The notes beneath the pieces are model-generated. The model saw nothing but the letters and a program-made list of their open reading frames with translations, was not told where the DNA came from and did not search any database. From contig NC_135662.1 in the NCBI RefSeq assembly GCF_964188315.1, forward strand, positions 57,474,001 through 57,538,000: a stretch of 64,000 nt of DNA, read 5' to 3'. This DNA comes from Podarcis muralis (lineage: Eukaryota). Within the stretch, counting starts at the first letter, position 1. The number at the start of each line of letters is the position of its first letter. Shown one piece after another: positions 11,501-23,946 of the stretch. The translations under genes were made by a program, and so were the position numbers.

Positions 11501-13664
11501 AAGGGAGTCTCTGCCCTTTGACTGCTGCTGCTTGCTGATCTGCATTATGCTTACACAAAGGAGAAGCCAATTTTTCTGTAGCAACTGCCTGACTTTGAAA
11601 TACCCTCCCTGGGGAGGTTCAATTGGCATTATCATCTTTTTGATGCCTGCTTAAGCCATTTTTTGTTTGCTCATGAAGTTTAAAAGGGTTACATTTGTTT
11701 TTGATGCATTTTTTTTAGCTGTTGTCTTTTAGATGTATGCTGTGTGGGGGTTTTTTCTTTGAATGATTATGTTTCACTTTTATTTTATTTGGTTATTGTT
11801 GTCAATTTCCTTGGAATCTGTTTGGATGAAGGGTGGCTTGGAATGTAATTAATTAATTAAACCATTTCCCCCCCTACCATAGCTCTGGAAGGGGAAAAGT
11901 GCAACACTATAAACAAGCGTGGCCCCTTCCATTGTTGGCTCAGGAACCACATAAAGGAATCGGCAACCATCCCTCCAACTTTTTAATTTCAAGATTAACG
12001 TGGCACTGAAACATAGTACTTTATGGACACTGATGGGACAATCATATTGGCAAGCCTGTTGGGTTTTACATTGACTGGTAATGTAACAAACATCTATGCC
12101 ACTGTTCCTTTGCTGACCTATAATGCTCCAATCAATACTGCAAGCTGCATTAACTTCCAAAAGGGTTTTTTCTGCCAGAGGGTTTTGGAGAAAAAAGCTT
12201 ATGGGAAATGAGGGGATAGACTTACTTCATTTCCCCCTCTGTTGTGCCTTTCAGCAGTCATTTAGAGAGTTAACTTTGCTGAATTCAAGCAAATTGGATT
12301 TGTGCAGATAGCAGCCCTATCCCTTTCCTGGACACAGTCAATCTAATTAAAACAACAGTTCTTCTAAGAGAGCTTTTATATCCTCCTCTGGTTCTACATG
12401 TTCACTTCCTCATTGGAAGAAAGAAAGAAAAATGACTCGGAAGATGGAAAAACCCAGGGTCACTTCGCTCTGCTCACCAGATATGGTTACGAACAACCTT
12501 CCTGAAATAATATTACCTAAACGATTATTGTAGAGGAAAAGATTAACGTTTCGAATATTTAACCTTACCTTTCTGGTTCACTTGATCCCATTTATTTTCA
12601 TAGAACCCACTTATACTAATAATAATGGTTGTCGCATAATAGATTAAATAATGGTAGAGTTGACCTCTGCCTTCTTACGTGTTGAATTACTTCATTCGCT
12701 GTATATTATAGGCTGAAAGAGAAGCTTGGCAGTAGTCCTCTAAGGTAAGGGCTTGTCTTGAGGGCAAACCATGTTACACGTAACTGTCTGAACAGTCTTT
12801 ATTTTTATTTTTTAAAGTAATTTTAGGATGCTACATTTTTTAGCAGAGAAGGATATGATATTTAAAAACTCTCCCTATCCTTTGCCAAAGCTATCCCTCT
12901 TTATGCAATTGCAGATGTCTATTTCTAAAAGGATATTACATACTGGGGCCTTGCATGGAGGAAGCAATGCAAAGGGGCAGTGCTGAGCAGGAAAGGGTTA
13001 AGCATCACTCGTTTTTCCACTCAAAATGGCAGGAATATTTTTCATTTTTTAAAAAAAATATGCTGTGGATTCACTACTCTCATTTGCATGTAACATGCCT
13101 TTTAACTAAGGCCAGGGCAGCCCTGCACACAGAGCCCTCCCCTCTTAAACCAAGGCACGCCTGATATGACCAACTTTTCTTAATTTAGCCTCCATTAGTT
13201 TTGATATTTGGTTAACAGTAACAGAACATTTTTTGTTACTGTTGGTTAAGCAAACCAATTAATGAACAGATACACATCGGTGTTTTATCCCTTGGTGACA
13301 GAGAAAGGTAGATGTGGAAAAAAATCTGTCTGGCAAAAAATCTGTCACTGGCAGAAACATACAGAACGCATCACAATAGAATTGTGTAAAGATGATGTGT
13401 TGTTTTGCAGCAATATGCCTCATATTCTGCAATGTTACATTCAGAAGAAATGATTGACTTTAAAAATAAAATAATGAAGTTTTTTTTTGTCCACATGAAG
13501 TTACTTGCTACATTATGTACAAAAATGATTTGAAATAATTTAAATGCTAAGTTTGCCTATATTTAGGGTTTGAAAAAAATGTACTGGAGTATGGAACTAT
13601 AGATTTATAATTTATAAATATACAAAGGCTTCGAGAGATTATTTCTTTAAAATTAGAAATTCAA

Positions 13665-14592
13665 ATTCCAGTTGTAAAATCATTTTTATTGGTACAAATA
13701 TACATTATGAATAAACTCCCTTCAGCGTGTATTATAAGCAGATGCCTGTGAAATATGCAAAGAAAAAAAATGAAAGATTGCTTTTACAGACAAGAATCTA
13801 CTTTTCTTTCAAAAGTACATGTTAGAAGCTAGAGCGAATGCAGACTGACCCCCCAAGGTGCCCTCTAGAAAATACCAACAGTAATAAAATGTCCATTGCC
13901 CGCATTCCAATCAACAACAAACATTTACTTATGGATATGGAAGCATATCAAGTTATTAGTAATTCTGGGTTGTTGTTTTGTGCTTTAGAACAGTACACAA
14001 AATGTAGGATATTGTGTTCTTATATACAGTACAACAAACGAGAAAAAAGGTCTCCCAAAGGAGAATGTAAAAATCATATCCAAGCATCTAATATATATTA
14101 TTTATACAAATTATTTTATTAGTGTGCTCTGTTGATATAATTACAATGTGCAATTGCATTCAGCAAGAATATATTTATAAAGTAAGTTGCGTGCAAGTTT
14201 GACACATTTACATTCAGCAGTACAACACCTCTCATGCTGTACAGTGTGGGTTAGTGTAAGAAATTGTCCAGTTCCTTTGCTTGGGGTTTCCTCCCGCAAA
14301 GCCCCGCAAAGCAAGGCATTATTTTTATAGCTGCTTCAGAGAAATTCAAGTAGAAGACATGAAAAAGTTGCTGGCTTTTGCAAAGGCGTGAAAGGGAATG
14401 TCTGGAATCGTACAGATCAGGAAAAAACAAAGGATCAGAGTCATGAAGTTCAGTTACCAGTGCAATCACCGACACTCCCCACCCCCCCATTTCCAAATGC
14501 TCCTCTATAAAAGGAGAGTAACTGATCAAAAAGAGGGATAAGCGGTACCCTTATTGTTACAAAAGAGCACTGCCAAACACACAACCAACCAA
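13665..14592 (-). other. CARMIL1: CARMIL1 3'UTR, about 0.9 kb to the first canonical poly(A) signal
   Basis: AU-rich sequence between the stop codon and AATAAA; 3' end inferred. Confidence 0.65.
13685..13690 (-). terminator. CARMIL1: Poly(A) signal AATAAA in TGTACCAATAAA context
   Basis: Minus strand reads tatttgtaccAATAAAaatg; UGUA immediately upstream, U-rich downstream. Confidence 0.65.
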
Positions 14593-14714
14593 CTAAACAA
14601 AAATAAAATCTTTGTCAGCTTCTTCACCAGAGTCACTGGACTTGCTTCCCTGCTGGCCATCTTTACTTAAAGACCTCTGTTTCTGCTCCTGGTGTCCTGG
14701 GCTTCTCTTTGGAC
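14593..14714 (-). CDS. CARMIL1: CARMIL1 last coding exon, (G)PKRSPGHQEQKQRSLSKDGQQGSKSSDSGEEADKDFIFV*
   Basis: cttctgatacag acceptor, phase 1; C-terminus resembles recalled human SGEEAEKEFIFV. Confidence 0.93.
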
Positions 14715-14963
14715 CTGTATCAGAAGACAGAATGTTGAGTTGGCAAGTTGAGGAGTGGACATCTTCATTTGCTATGACCCCAGAGCTATTCACTATGACC
14801 CCGATATCTGCTCTGTTGCTCCAAATTGTTCATTGATTAGAGTTCTGTGTAACTCAAAAGCTCATATCCTACGTTCCAAATAGAAGCTGGTTAAAATAGT
14901 AAGATATGGCCAACATCCAAAGGATATCACAGATAGTGGCAGGATTTCCACAGTTATCATGTA

Positions 14964-15385
14964 CAGTGGTGCCCCGCAAGACGAATGCCTCGCAAGATGG
15001 AAAACCCGCTAGACGAAAGGGTTTTCCGTTTTGGAGGTGCTTCGCAAAACGAATTTCCTATGGGCTTGCTTCGCAAGACGAAAATGTCTTGCGAGTTCCT
15101 GCAGGGTTTTTTCCCTCCCCCCCCCTTTCCCCAAGCCGCCAAGCTGCTAAACAGGTGATCCGCTAAGCCGCTAAACAGCTGATCCGCTAAGCCGCTTAAC
15201 AGCTGATCGCTAAGCCGCTTATCAGCTGATCCGCTAAGCCGCTTATCAGCTGATCCGCTAAGACCACTAAGCCGCTAATAGCGCTAATCCGCTAATCCGC
15301 TAATGGGCTTGCTTCGCAAGACGAAAAAACCGCAAGACAAAGAGACTCGCGGAACGGATTCTTTTCGTCTTGCGAGGCACCACTG
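14964..15385. mobile_element. Tc1/mariner-type MITE, 422 bp, with internal ~24-bp tandem array
   Basis: TIR cagtggtgcc(c/t)cgcaagacg, TA on both sides; repeats of gccgctaaacagctgatccgctaa at ~15140-15305. Confidence 0.85.
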
Positions 15386-16729
15386 TATGGCAGGGCACAA
15401 TCAACATTGACAGGAACTGTCACATTTTCCTGAGTGGAAAGCTCACTCAGAGGACAGGCACTTTCAAAGCGGCACAAATCAAGTTAGGCCCTGCACATGG
15501 GGCCCTATCAAACCCAAAGAAGCCATGGCTGTAGTGCTTTTCAATAGTTTGGTACTTCTTGACCAGAAAGGGATCCATGTGTAACTTTTCCATGATTGGA
15601 GAGCAGAAATTACCTCATTACTATGCAAGTGGAAACACTAACTTGAAACCAACAGAAGGTGGCAGAAATACATTAATTTAAACCAAACCAAAACCTATGA
15701 GAACTTGTTTACATTGTAAATGTAGCAGCAGCTTTTATAATAAATGAACACAGCAATACTTAACATCTGTTTAAAAAGACAAGATATTGGTAGTTTTTAA
15801 TCATATATAAAATCTACAACTAGCCTTACCAAGCCGCCAAGTTGTTGTTGCTGTACAATTTTATCTCCCAAGGAGAGAAATGGTTTGCTTTTGACTTCCA
15901 ATGCAATCTTCTTATATTGCACACATTGTCAAACTCATTTCATCATAGGCAAAAAGTGGGTAAGTATAACGCAGGAGATTAGAGCAAATTGTTGCCTCCT
16001 TTTTTTCGCCCACAGCAGAATGCATGTTATGTGGAATGCATTATAAAGAACAATGTGCTTGACTATGCACAGGTCAACAATTATACCAATAATCCTTCCC
16101 TAAGATAATAACTGAAATTGCTCTCATTCTCTTTAAAGCTCTGATGAGTCACATATGGAATGAGGCATATTCTCAACACAGAAGAAATTCCTGCATGTTT
16201 GGCAAGTGAGCACATCTGCTTGTTTCCTATTATTCAGAATTCACCAAAAAGACAATTCCACTCTATTCATTATCAATGTGAAAACATACTCACTGGAAAA
16301 CTAAATGTAAGACTAAGAATTCTGAGAGAAAAGAAGAGAATGGGTGAAAACCCGTTTTTAAAAAAAACTAAAAATCAGATTTAAAGGTTTGATTGCTGAG
16401 CTGCAAAACATGGTAATTTGGTGATATAAGGCCCATTTATTTCAGCACTGAATAGGTAAAAGATCGAACTTTTTTGCTGCAGTGCTTTTGTTCAACACAG
16501 CATTTAAAAACCTGCAGGGATGAGAAGTACTTCCTAACATACAAAAATGAATAATGTAGTTGGAAAAGAAATATTTTCACGTCAGATATATATATATATA
16601 TATTTGCTATTCATTAAGACTGCTACCCTGTGAGGAACAGGTAACTGTCTCTAAAATTGATACTGCACATTAGAGTTCATTTTCAGAAACTAACTTTCTC
16701 AGGAAGGAAGTCTGAGGAACTGAGGCACA

Positions 16730-17235
16730 TAGTGGTGACAATGGCCAAATTAAAAACTGAAACATCACTAGGTCTGGATGCCATCCACAGAAGAATTCTT
16801 AAGGAATTCAAATGTGAATTTGCAGATCTTCTAACAAAAACATCACATGCCCTTAAGATCAGCTCTTATACCCGAGGACTGGAAGGTGGCCAGGAGAACA
16901 ACAGTTTTATGAAGGGAACTAAAGGGGAGCTGGTGGGAGGTTTAAATGCAGAATTACCATGCATACAGAAGAACAAATCTTGCTAAAGCAGAACCAGCAG
17001 GGCTTCTAAAGAGTAGGTCCTGTCTCACTAACCTATTAGAGATCTCTGAGAGTGTCAATGAGCACACAGAGGAGATCCAGTTGACACTGTGTACTTTGAA
17101 AATGCTTTCATAAAGTACCTCACCAAAGACTCCTGAGTAAGTTTATCAGTCATGGAATAAGAGGAAACATCCTCTTGTGGATCAGTAGGTGGTTAAGGAA
17201 CAAGAAGCAGAGGGTGGGAATAAATGGACAATTTC
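16730..17235 (+). mobile_element. Decayed CR1 LINE ORF2 (reverse transcriptase region) fragment
   Basis: Frame-broken CR1-like peptides such as GLDAIHRRILKEFKCEFADLL and WISRWLRNKKQRVGINGQF. Confidence 0.8.
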
Positions 17236-18016
17236 TCCAACGTACAGTTCCTAGAACACTAATTCCAGTTAGCTCTTTTCTAGATTTGCTACAAAGCTGT
17301 AGTTCTGAGGAGCTGTCCAAGCTGAGCTGGGCTGTCCTGATGTCTCTTAAATCAGGAACTAGATTGGATCAAGGTATCATTAAGGCAGGATTAAAAGAAG
17401 CATGATTCTGAACACCAGTTGGCTGGGAATCACAAATGGGGAGGGTGCTGTTGTGCTCAGGCATTGATTAGTCACGGTGGGAATAGGATGCTGGTCTAGA
17501 TGAGCCTTTTGGCTTGATCCAGCAGAGGTCATCTTTGGCACTGATCTATACGGAAGTGCCCGTGATAACTGTTTTTACTGCAATACTATGTTTTCAGTCT
17601 GCATACCGTTGTACGTGAAAGCACAGTTTATAAATAAATATTTATTATTATTAAATATAAATATTTAAATAAATACAAATGAATAAAATGAATGAAAACA
17701 CAGGTACTTCAGGCATGAGAGCTTTATTAGGATGTGTAGCTAAGTCTCCAGTAGGTCTAATGATGCTAGGAAATACTGCTCCTTGATGGATGGCGCAATG
17801 GATTTCACAATTTCAACTTTGCCAGGAGTTGCTTCAGGTAAAAAAATGCCCACACAGCCCTGTTTTCTGGCCCCGGGGGGGGGGGGGGAATAGGGAAAGG
17901 AGAGACCCTGGAATGCCTCTGACCCTATGGCATTCCTACGTCTAGCATGTGGCAAACCTTTAGCATGTTTACACATAAATATATCCTACTATGCTCAGTG
18001 GGGCGTACTTCTAGGT

Positions 18017-18222
18017 CAGGGGTCAGCAACCCGTGGCTCCGGAGCCGCATGTGGCTCTTTTACACCTTTGCCGTGGCTCTGGGGCGGATACTAGCGAGGG
18101 GAGGAGGTGCATTGTGTGCCCCGACATTCCCCACTGTTTTAAATGTCACAATGGTTTTGCGGCTCCCAGTTTTTTTCTTCGGTCCAAGTGGCTCTTTTTG
18201 TCTTAAAGGTTGCAGACCCCTG
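18017..18222. mobile_element. hAT MITE, 206 bp
   Basis: TIR caggggtc(a/t)gcaacc; 8-bp TSD TTCTAGGT on both sides. Confidence 0.92.
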
Positions 18223-19068
18223 TTCTAGGTAATAGGATTCCAGCCTCAAATTTTGAGAATCAAACCACTTAATGAGGTTTTACAAATATATATATGGAAT
18301 TAAATATTAAAGCACTTAGTATGCTTTATACAGAGGAGAGTTACCAGAATTGCTGTACTGTTCCTTAAGCATAAACCTGAGAAAGGAAAGCACTGAACAA
18401 AAATACCTATTAAGTTGACTAAAGGTTTCAGAAGGGATGTATTGTAACTGACACTAATGAACTTCAAGCTCAACTTGTAAATACTGTATTTAATTTTCTA
18501 GGTACAGCTCTTCAAAGGGACAGGTGCTTAATCACTAGGCATAATCAAACGGCTGAGCAGTTACACTGAGGACTGTTTACATTTTGAGTTTATAGCATGG
18601 AGAATTGAGAGTGCTGTTGATTCTTGAGAATGTGACCAAATGTTAAGCCAATGGGCTGGTTGGCATGTCATACTAAGCCAAACCATGGCTTAGGGCAGGT
18701 ATCAGGGCTCCTGGTGAGGAGATTGTGGCCTCTTTGTTCTTCTCTTGTTGTTTTGCTGAGCTAAGCAGCAGCTTGACTTAGTGCAGCGATGGAGAATTGA
18801 ATCTAACTGGCCAGCTAAACCAATAGGCAGAAGTTTGGACTAGATGCTAAGCCAAGCCATGACTTAGCTCAGTACTGTGCAGCAGCAAAAGAACTGGGGA
18901 GAGCAAAGGGACGGCTATCTCCTCCCCAGGAGTCTACACACTCATATGTTCCCGCTTAGTGTGACATGCAAACCAGCCCAATGTTTCTTACTGAACCAGC
19001 CTTCCCTGCAGAAGCAAGAGGCTCTCATAAGGACATTCCCTTTCTAGAGATACGCTACTTGGTCAGAA

Positions 19069-19272
19069 ATGAACTGGATTAATATTACACTTGGAGATTT
19101 CTACAGCAGGCAACAACTGATGCCAAACTGCATAGGACAAAGACCTATGTACTACTACCCGAACCCATATGAAGGATGTGACTGTTGTACCCATTGCAGA
19201 GTTGCAAACATTTCCTGCCCCTTTAATCTGCAGCCCCCGCAAGGCACTTGTATCACTCACTGCAGTAAATGA
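19069..19272 (+). CDS. Candidate 67-aa Cys/Tyr/Pro-rich protein, nested antisense in the last CARMIL1 intron
   Basis: ORF with 8 Cys, acceptor ttccctttctag 21 nt upstream, AATAAA at 19608; no homolog recognised. Confidence 0.35.
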   Translation: MNWINITLGDFYSRQQLMPNCIGQRPMYYYPNPYEGCDCCTHCRVANISCPFNLQPPQGTCITHCSK

Positions 19273-21156
19273 CCGAGGCAAATTATTTCAGATTTTGAAG
19301 CCTGATTAGCTCAATCAGCAGCATTCTTAGCCTTATTTGTTTATATTATACAATTTAACAGCCCTAATAATGAAAATGTCATGCTTTACATATCCTGATA
19401 TTTTGCATGCTTAGTAACACAACAATACACAAAAGAGAGAGAGAAAATAAGATGGCATTATTTCATCATTTTTGCCAAGCAAATTGTGTCAATGATTTAC
19501 TGGTAAAGGAACCAATTAACTAAGTGTGTTGGTCCACGTACATTTGTTTTGAACTGTTTTCAATGCTGCTTTTTAAAAATCTGAGGGTGTTACGGTGAAA
19601 AGTGGGGAATAAATAAAATGAATAATAATAAAGTTACAGGGGCGAGCGTGAAATGGGAGCCAGACATAACACAGAAGTATAGGTTGCACAAACAGAAGTG
19701 TAACTTTAAAAAAGGGAACAGGAGGATATGGCTTTTAACCAGCCCTAACATATACCAAGAGGTAATAATAGCAATACACCTAAAATGTTCTAATCGTACA
19801 CTTCATACTTGCCAGGGAGCTGGGATGGACTGCAGGTTTCTATAGGGGCTGAACATGTGGTCAAAATTCATGGGAGGGGTGTTTTCCGTTACCCCACCCC
19901 TTGCTCTTGGAAGCCTTATAAGAAGCTTATAAGCAGCTGCTGCTGCAGGAGACGGCCTATGAACAACGTCATAGGAGGTGTGTTTCTAGGACTAAGGCAA
20001 AACCTTGGAGCTCCCTTGTTATTTTTGCTACTGGATGCTGCACCTTGTTTCAGTAATCTTGTTACATTTATAATATTGAAATGTAGGTTTTTTATGTTGT
20101 TATATTTGCTAATGTTTTGCTACGTTATTTTGGAGTTGTTTTGCAGTGTTTGTTTGAAATGCACTCCTGTTTTCTTTGTTGTAAGCTGCTTTGAGCATGA
20201 GGTGTGTGGGTGTGGGTGTGTGGGTGTGGGTGGGTGGGTGTGGGTGTGTAAGCGGGACACAAATAAAATGAATGAATGAATGAAAAATCCAGTTTTCCCT
20301 CTTTGCAATGTGTGAAATGTCTGTGAGCATCACCATACCTCCCTTACTCAGCAGATGGAGCACTGTAGAGCTTTTTTAATGAAAGAACATATGAAGAGTC
20401 TGCTAGAACAGGCGAATGGACCATCAAGTCCACCTCCCTCTTCTCACAATGGCCAACCAGAAGCAGCACCTAAGTGCAATCTGTATTGAGATTCGACTTC
20501 TGCCCGCCAATGACAGGAGTTCTCTGGGTCAAAGCAGATAGTACACAAAAGGATTCTTTGTATCTAATGCACAAGTTTTTAGAAATGTGAATACTGCTTA
20601 GGCAGTGGGAGTGATATTTACCAGGATAACAACAGATGAGGAGGGGCAATTTAACCTTGCCCTTGCATGCTGAGGTCCTGAGGAAAATCCTTCCCCACAA
20701 ATTGGGAAGAAATCTGCATTTGATGCCCAGGGAAATATCAGCTTCAGAGGTAGCATTTTCTGCAGGGCTGCAGCAGGATTAAATTCAGTCTTCATGCCTC
20801 CTGCTGCCACAGTAACTACCAGCCCCTCCGGAGAATGCTAGCTGAATTGTTTTGAAAACCCTGCATGTTAAATGCAAAGATGCATTTAACATTAGTCTCC
20901 TGCCTAGCTTGGCCCTATGACCGAGAAGGAAATGATGGAGGCTGCAGATAACACAAAAGATAATGGGAGATATAATTAGCACCATGGGCTAGAATGGAAA
21001 CAACCCCTGCAGAAGGGCGAGGCGTGTGCGTGCATGCAATTAGAACACATAATATAGGTAAATTAACACATTATTATGACCAGACATTAAGGTCGTATTC
21101 AGAATCAGGAACTTTGCAAATTGACTTCCAATAGCTGAGGACATGAACAATTATAC

Positions 21157-21399
21157 CATGGGTAGGCAAATTAAGGCCCGGGGGCCAGATCCGGCCCAAT
21201 TGCCTTCTACATCCGGACAGCGGATTGTCCAGGAATTAGTGTGTTTTTACATGAGTAGAATGTGCCCTTTTATTTAAAATGCATCTCTGGGTTATTTGTG
21301 GGGTATAGGAATTCATCCCCCCCCAAATATAGTCCAGCCCCCCACAAGGTCTGAGGGACAGTGGACCGGCCCCCTGCTGAAAAAGTTTTCTGACCCCTG
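21157..21399. mobile_element. hAT (Charlie-like) MITE, 243 bp
   Basis: Imperfect TIRs catgggtaggcaaa / ttttctgacccctg; 8-bp TSD AATTATAC. Confidence 0.88.
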
Positions 21400-21448
21400 A
21401 ATTATACAAAAGGGGGGCGGGGCTGGAGAAATATACTAGCATTCTCAC

Positions 21449-21589
21449 CTTCGTGTGAAAGAGATCTGACAGCTGGTTTGGGGCTGCTCTGTCCATCTTT
21501 TTCTTTATCAGAAGGAACCCTCTTCAGAATGGGGGGAAGAAGAGCAGTTTTAGGGGAACCTGGACCAGATGGAGACTCTGGGATATCCT
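21449..21589 (-). CDS. CARMIL1: CARMIL1 exon (E)DIPESPSGPGSPKTALLPPILKRVPSDKEKDGQSSPKPAVRSLSHE
   Basis: tttccacag acceptor, g|gtgaga donor, 141 nt, phase 1-1; not in the ORF track, found by reading the minus strand. Confidence 0.95.
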
Positions 21590-22208
21590 CTGTGGAAACA
21601 CAGTGTGCACACAGAAAAAATCAGTCAACAGCATCTAGGAAATTTGTTCACATAAACCCTCACACAACCAACCCACCCAAATGTACTGATTTAGTTTTTG
21701 AAAGCATGATAGAGGAGGAACAGCTTCAAAGCTAAGTATCTCCTCTCCAAAGTGGGTAAGCTGGAAGAAATGAAAGTGCTGAAGGGCTACGTGGCAATAA
21801 AGCAGAATAGAAGGGCCTAAGAAGTTGTTTAAATACGTTCCAACAAAGCCTCAAAAAAGTTTTTAAAAATCTGCATTTCAATATTCAGAAATGTGGGGAA
21901 ACAATTTGCCTAATCAGACACAAGAAGAATGTAGTAATCTTTGAGACCTTTAGGGCAGTACTATAATGCAAAGGCTACAAATTAGTACCTCAGTGTTTAT
22001 GGGAATATCTCATTCTCTTTTATAATTTACCATTGCAATCCCATTTCTAGCATTTAAAAGATTAGTCAGGATTAGCAGAGAACAATTGAAAAATGCCGCC
22101 GAACAAAATAATAACCATTATCTTATTTTCTCTTCGGTATTTAACTATTGATTTTTCCACATATAAGCCATTGTGCTAATGCTAGCGTAGTGTAAAGAGG
22201 CTTCTCAC

Positions 22209-22442
22209 CAGTCCGAGAGGCAGATCGTGGCTTCTGAGGAACTGTTGGCCGTCCTGCTAGGCTGGGCTTTACTGCTTGGAGTGGAGGCTTTGGGCTGGTA
22301 GGTGTGCTGGAAGAACTTCGTGTCCTCGCCCCAACTTCTGTCTTTGGTTCAGCCTTTGTGATTTTCTCTGATGAGGTTACAATAGAGTCACCTTTACTCA
22401 GGGCAAATCGGTTCTCTGGAGAAGACTGGTGGAGCTTGGTAA
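22209..22442 (-). CDS. CARMIL1: CARMIL1 proline-rich exon (V)TKLHQSSPENRF...SSSSTPTSPKPPLQAVKPSLAGRPTVPQKPRSASRT
   Basis: ttttgtttcag acceptor, g|gtgaga donor, 234 nt, phase 1-1. Confidence 0.95.
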
Positions 22443-23615
22443 CTGAAACAAAAGGACCCAGCGAACATTGAGACCAGGGGTGCAGCGTATTAAAAAGTTT
22501 CTAGCCTCCGTAGGTGCAGAGAAAAACACAGAGGGATGTGTGTGGACTGAAAGTTACTCAGGAAAAATAAAAGCTGCTACTTTCCCCAAGTGTCCTCTTT
22601 TCTGACCAATGTGAATATAGTCATTGACAAGCAATATCAGTGAGACATCCAATAGATTTTCCATCTCTGTGGAAGCTTTAGAAGGAGAATGTGCCCAGAT
22701 TCCTGGAATGGTTTGGGCCGATATATCACTACTCTGACTTTAGAAACTGGCTTGATTCTCCTGGTCATTAGCACTTTAAGCAGGATGTAGGGTACATGGT
22801 TGGCTCCTCAATGGGGCCCAGGTTGACGACTGTAAGACATGAGGGAATGAGTGGGATAATCTGATATAGTCAGTTTCCATAGAGGAACACCTGAGCATTA
22901 GACACAAGCCTGATGATATGGAGAGTGTGTGAGTATAGAATACTTACTCCTTTACTGTCAGAAAATATCACCACCACCCTATTATTCTCTGAGGTCTGGA
23001 AACAGCTGTGTGCTCCAACAGAAAGCTTTGTGAGGCAGAGAGAAACTGGGCTGAGGCTTAGAAAGCCCCAAAATATCTCAATGGACCTTGGGCAGATCTA
23101 CTCTCGTCATTTATAATGTTAAAAAGGTGTTGTGAAAATGTGACCAACAGAGCAGTGAGCCACCGGCAATGGAAAACTGCCATTAAGCTTTCTAGAGTGT
23201 TATATTTAATAGCGTTCAGAAGATCAATGTAGATCCAGCCCTTATGTCAGTGCAAGTCTGTGAAAATGGCTGAGGAGCTGCCCTGAAGACTGGTGTCCAG
23301 ACAGGTCAACAGAGAAAGAGCCAAAATCCATCAGTAAAGTCAAGGGATCTTGATTCACCCACCATTCAATCTAGGATGGCTAATCATACAAATATCTTGA
23401 AGGTTGTTTTGGGGTGGATGCATTTCACAGTTCTATAAAATACAATGGCCTATGAATTACCACCCTGGAATTCCTTAATCATGTTAATTCACTTACTGAA
23501 TTCTATGGAACATAAAGATGCTTAAGTCTGATGCTTTCTTTGGTTATTCTCAAGTATATATAGCTTATATATGCTAGGCTTATATACATACACATGTATG
23601 TATATAAGCCTAGCA

Positions 23616-23946
23616 CAGGGGTCTGCAACCTTTAAGACAAAAAGAGCCACTTGGACCCGTTTCCGAAGAAAAAACAACAACTGGGAGCCACAAAACTATT
23701 GCGACATTTAAAACAAATATATCTCCGGAGCCGCAATCTGACAGCGGGCGGGAAGGTGACATCGGGACGGTGCGTGACTAATGCACGCACCGCCCCCATG
23801 CGACGTCACAGCCAGTACAGCGCCCGCCACAGTGAGGAGTGTCGGGGCGCACAATGCACCTCCCCTCGCTAGTATCCGCCCTGGAGCCGCGGCAAAGATG
23901 TAAAAGAGCCACATGCGGCTCTGGAGCCGCGGGTTGCAGACCCCTG
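23616..23946. mobile_element. hAT MITE, 331 bp, same family as 18017-18222 in opposite orientation
   Basis: TIR caggggtctgcaacc; 8-bp TSD GCCTAGCA. Confidence 0.92.

Noticed and set aside
15140-15305. CRISPR-like array appearance of tandem repeats (also 47294-47371)
   Set aside because: Eukaryotic context, no unique spacers, no cas genes; ordinary minisatellites
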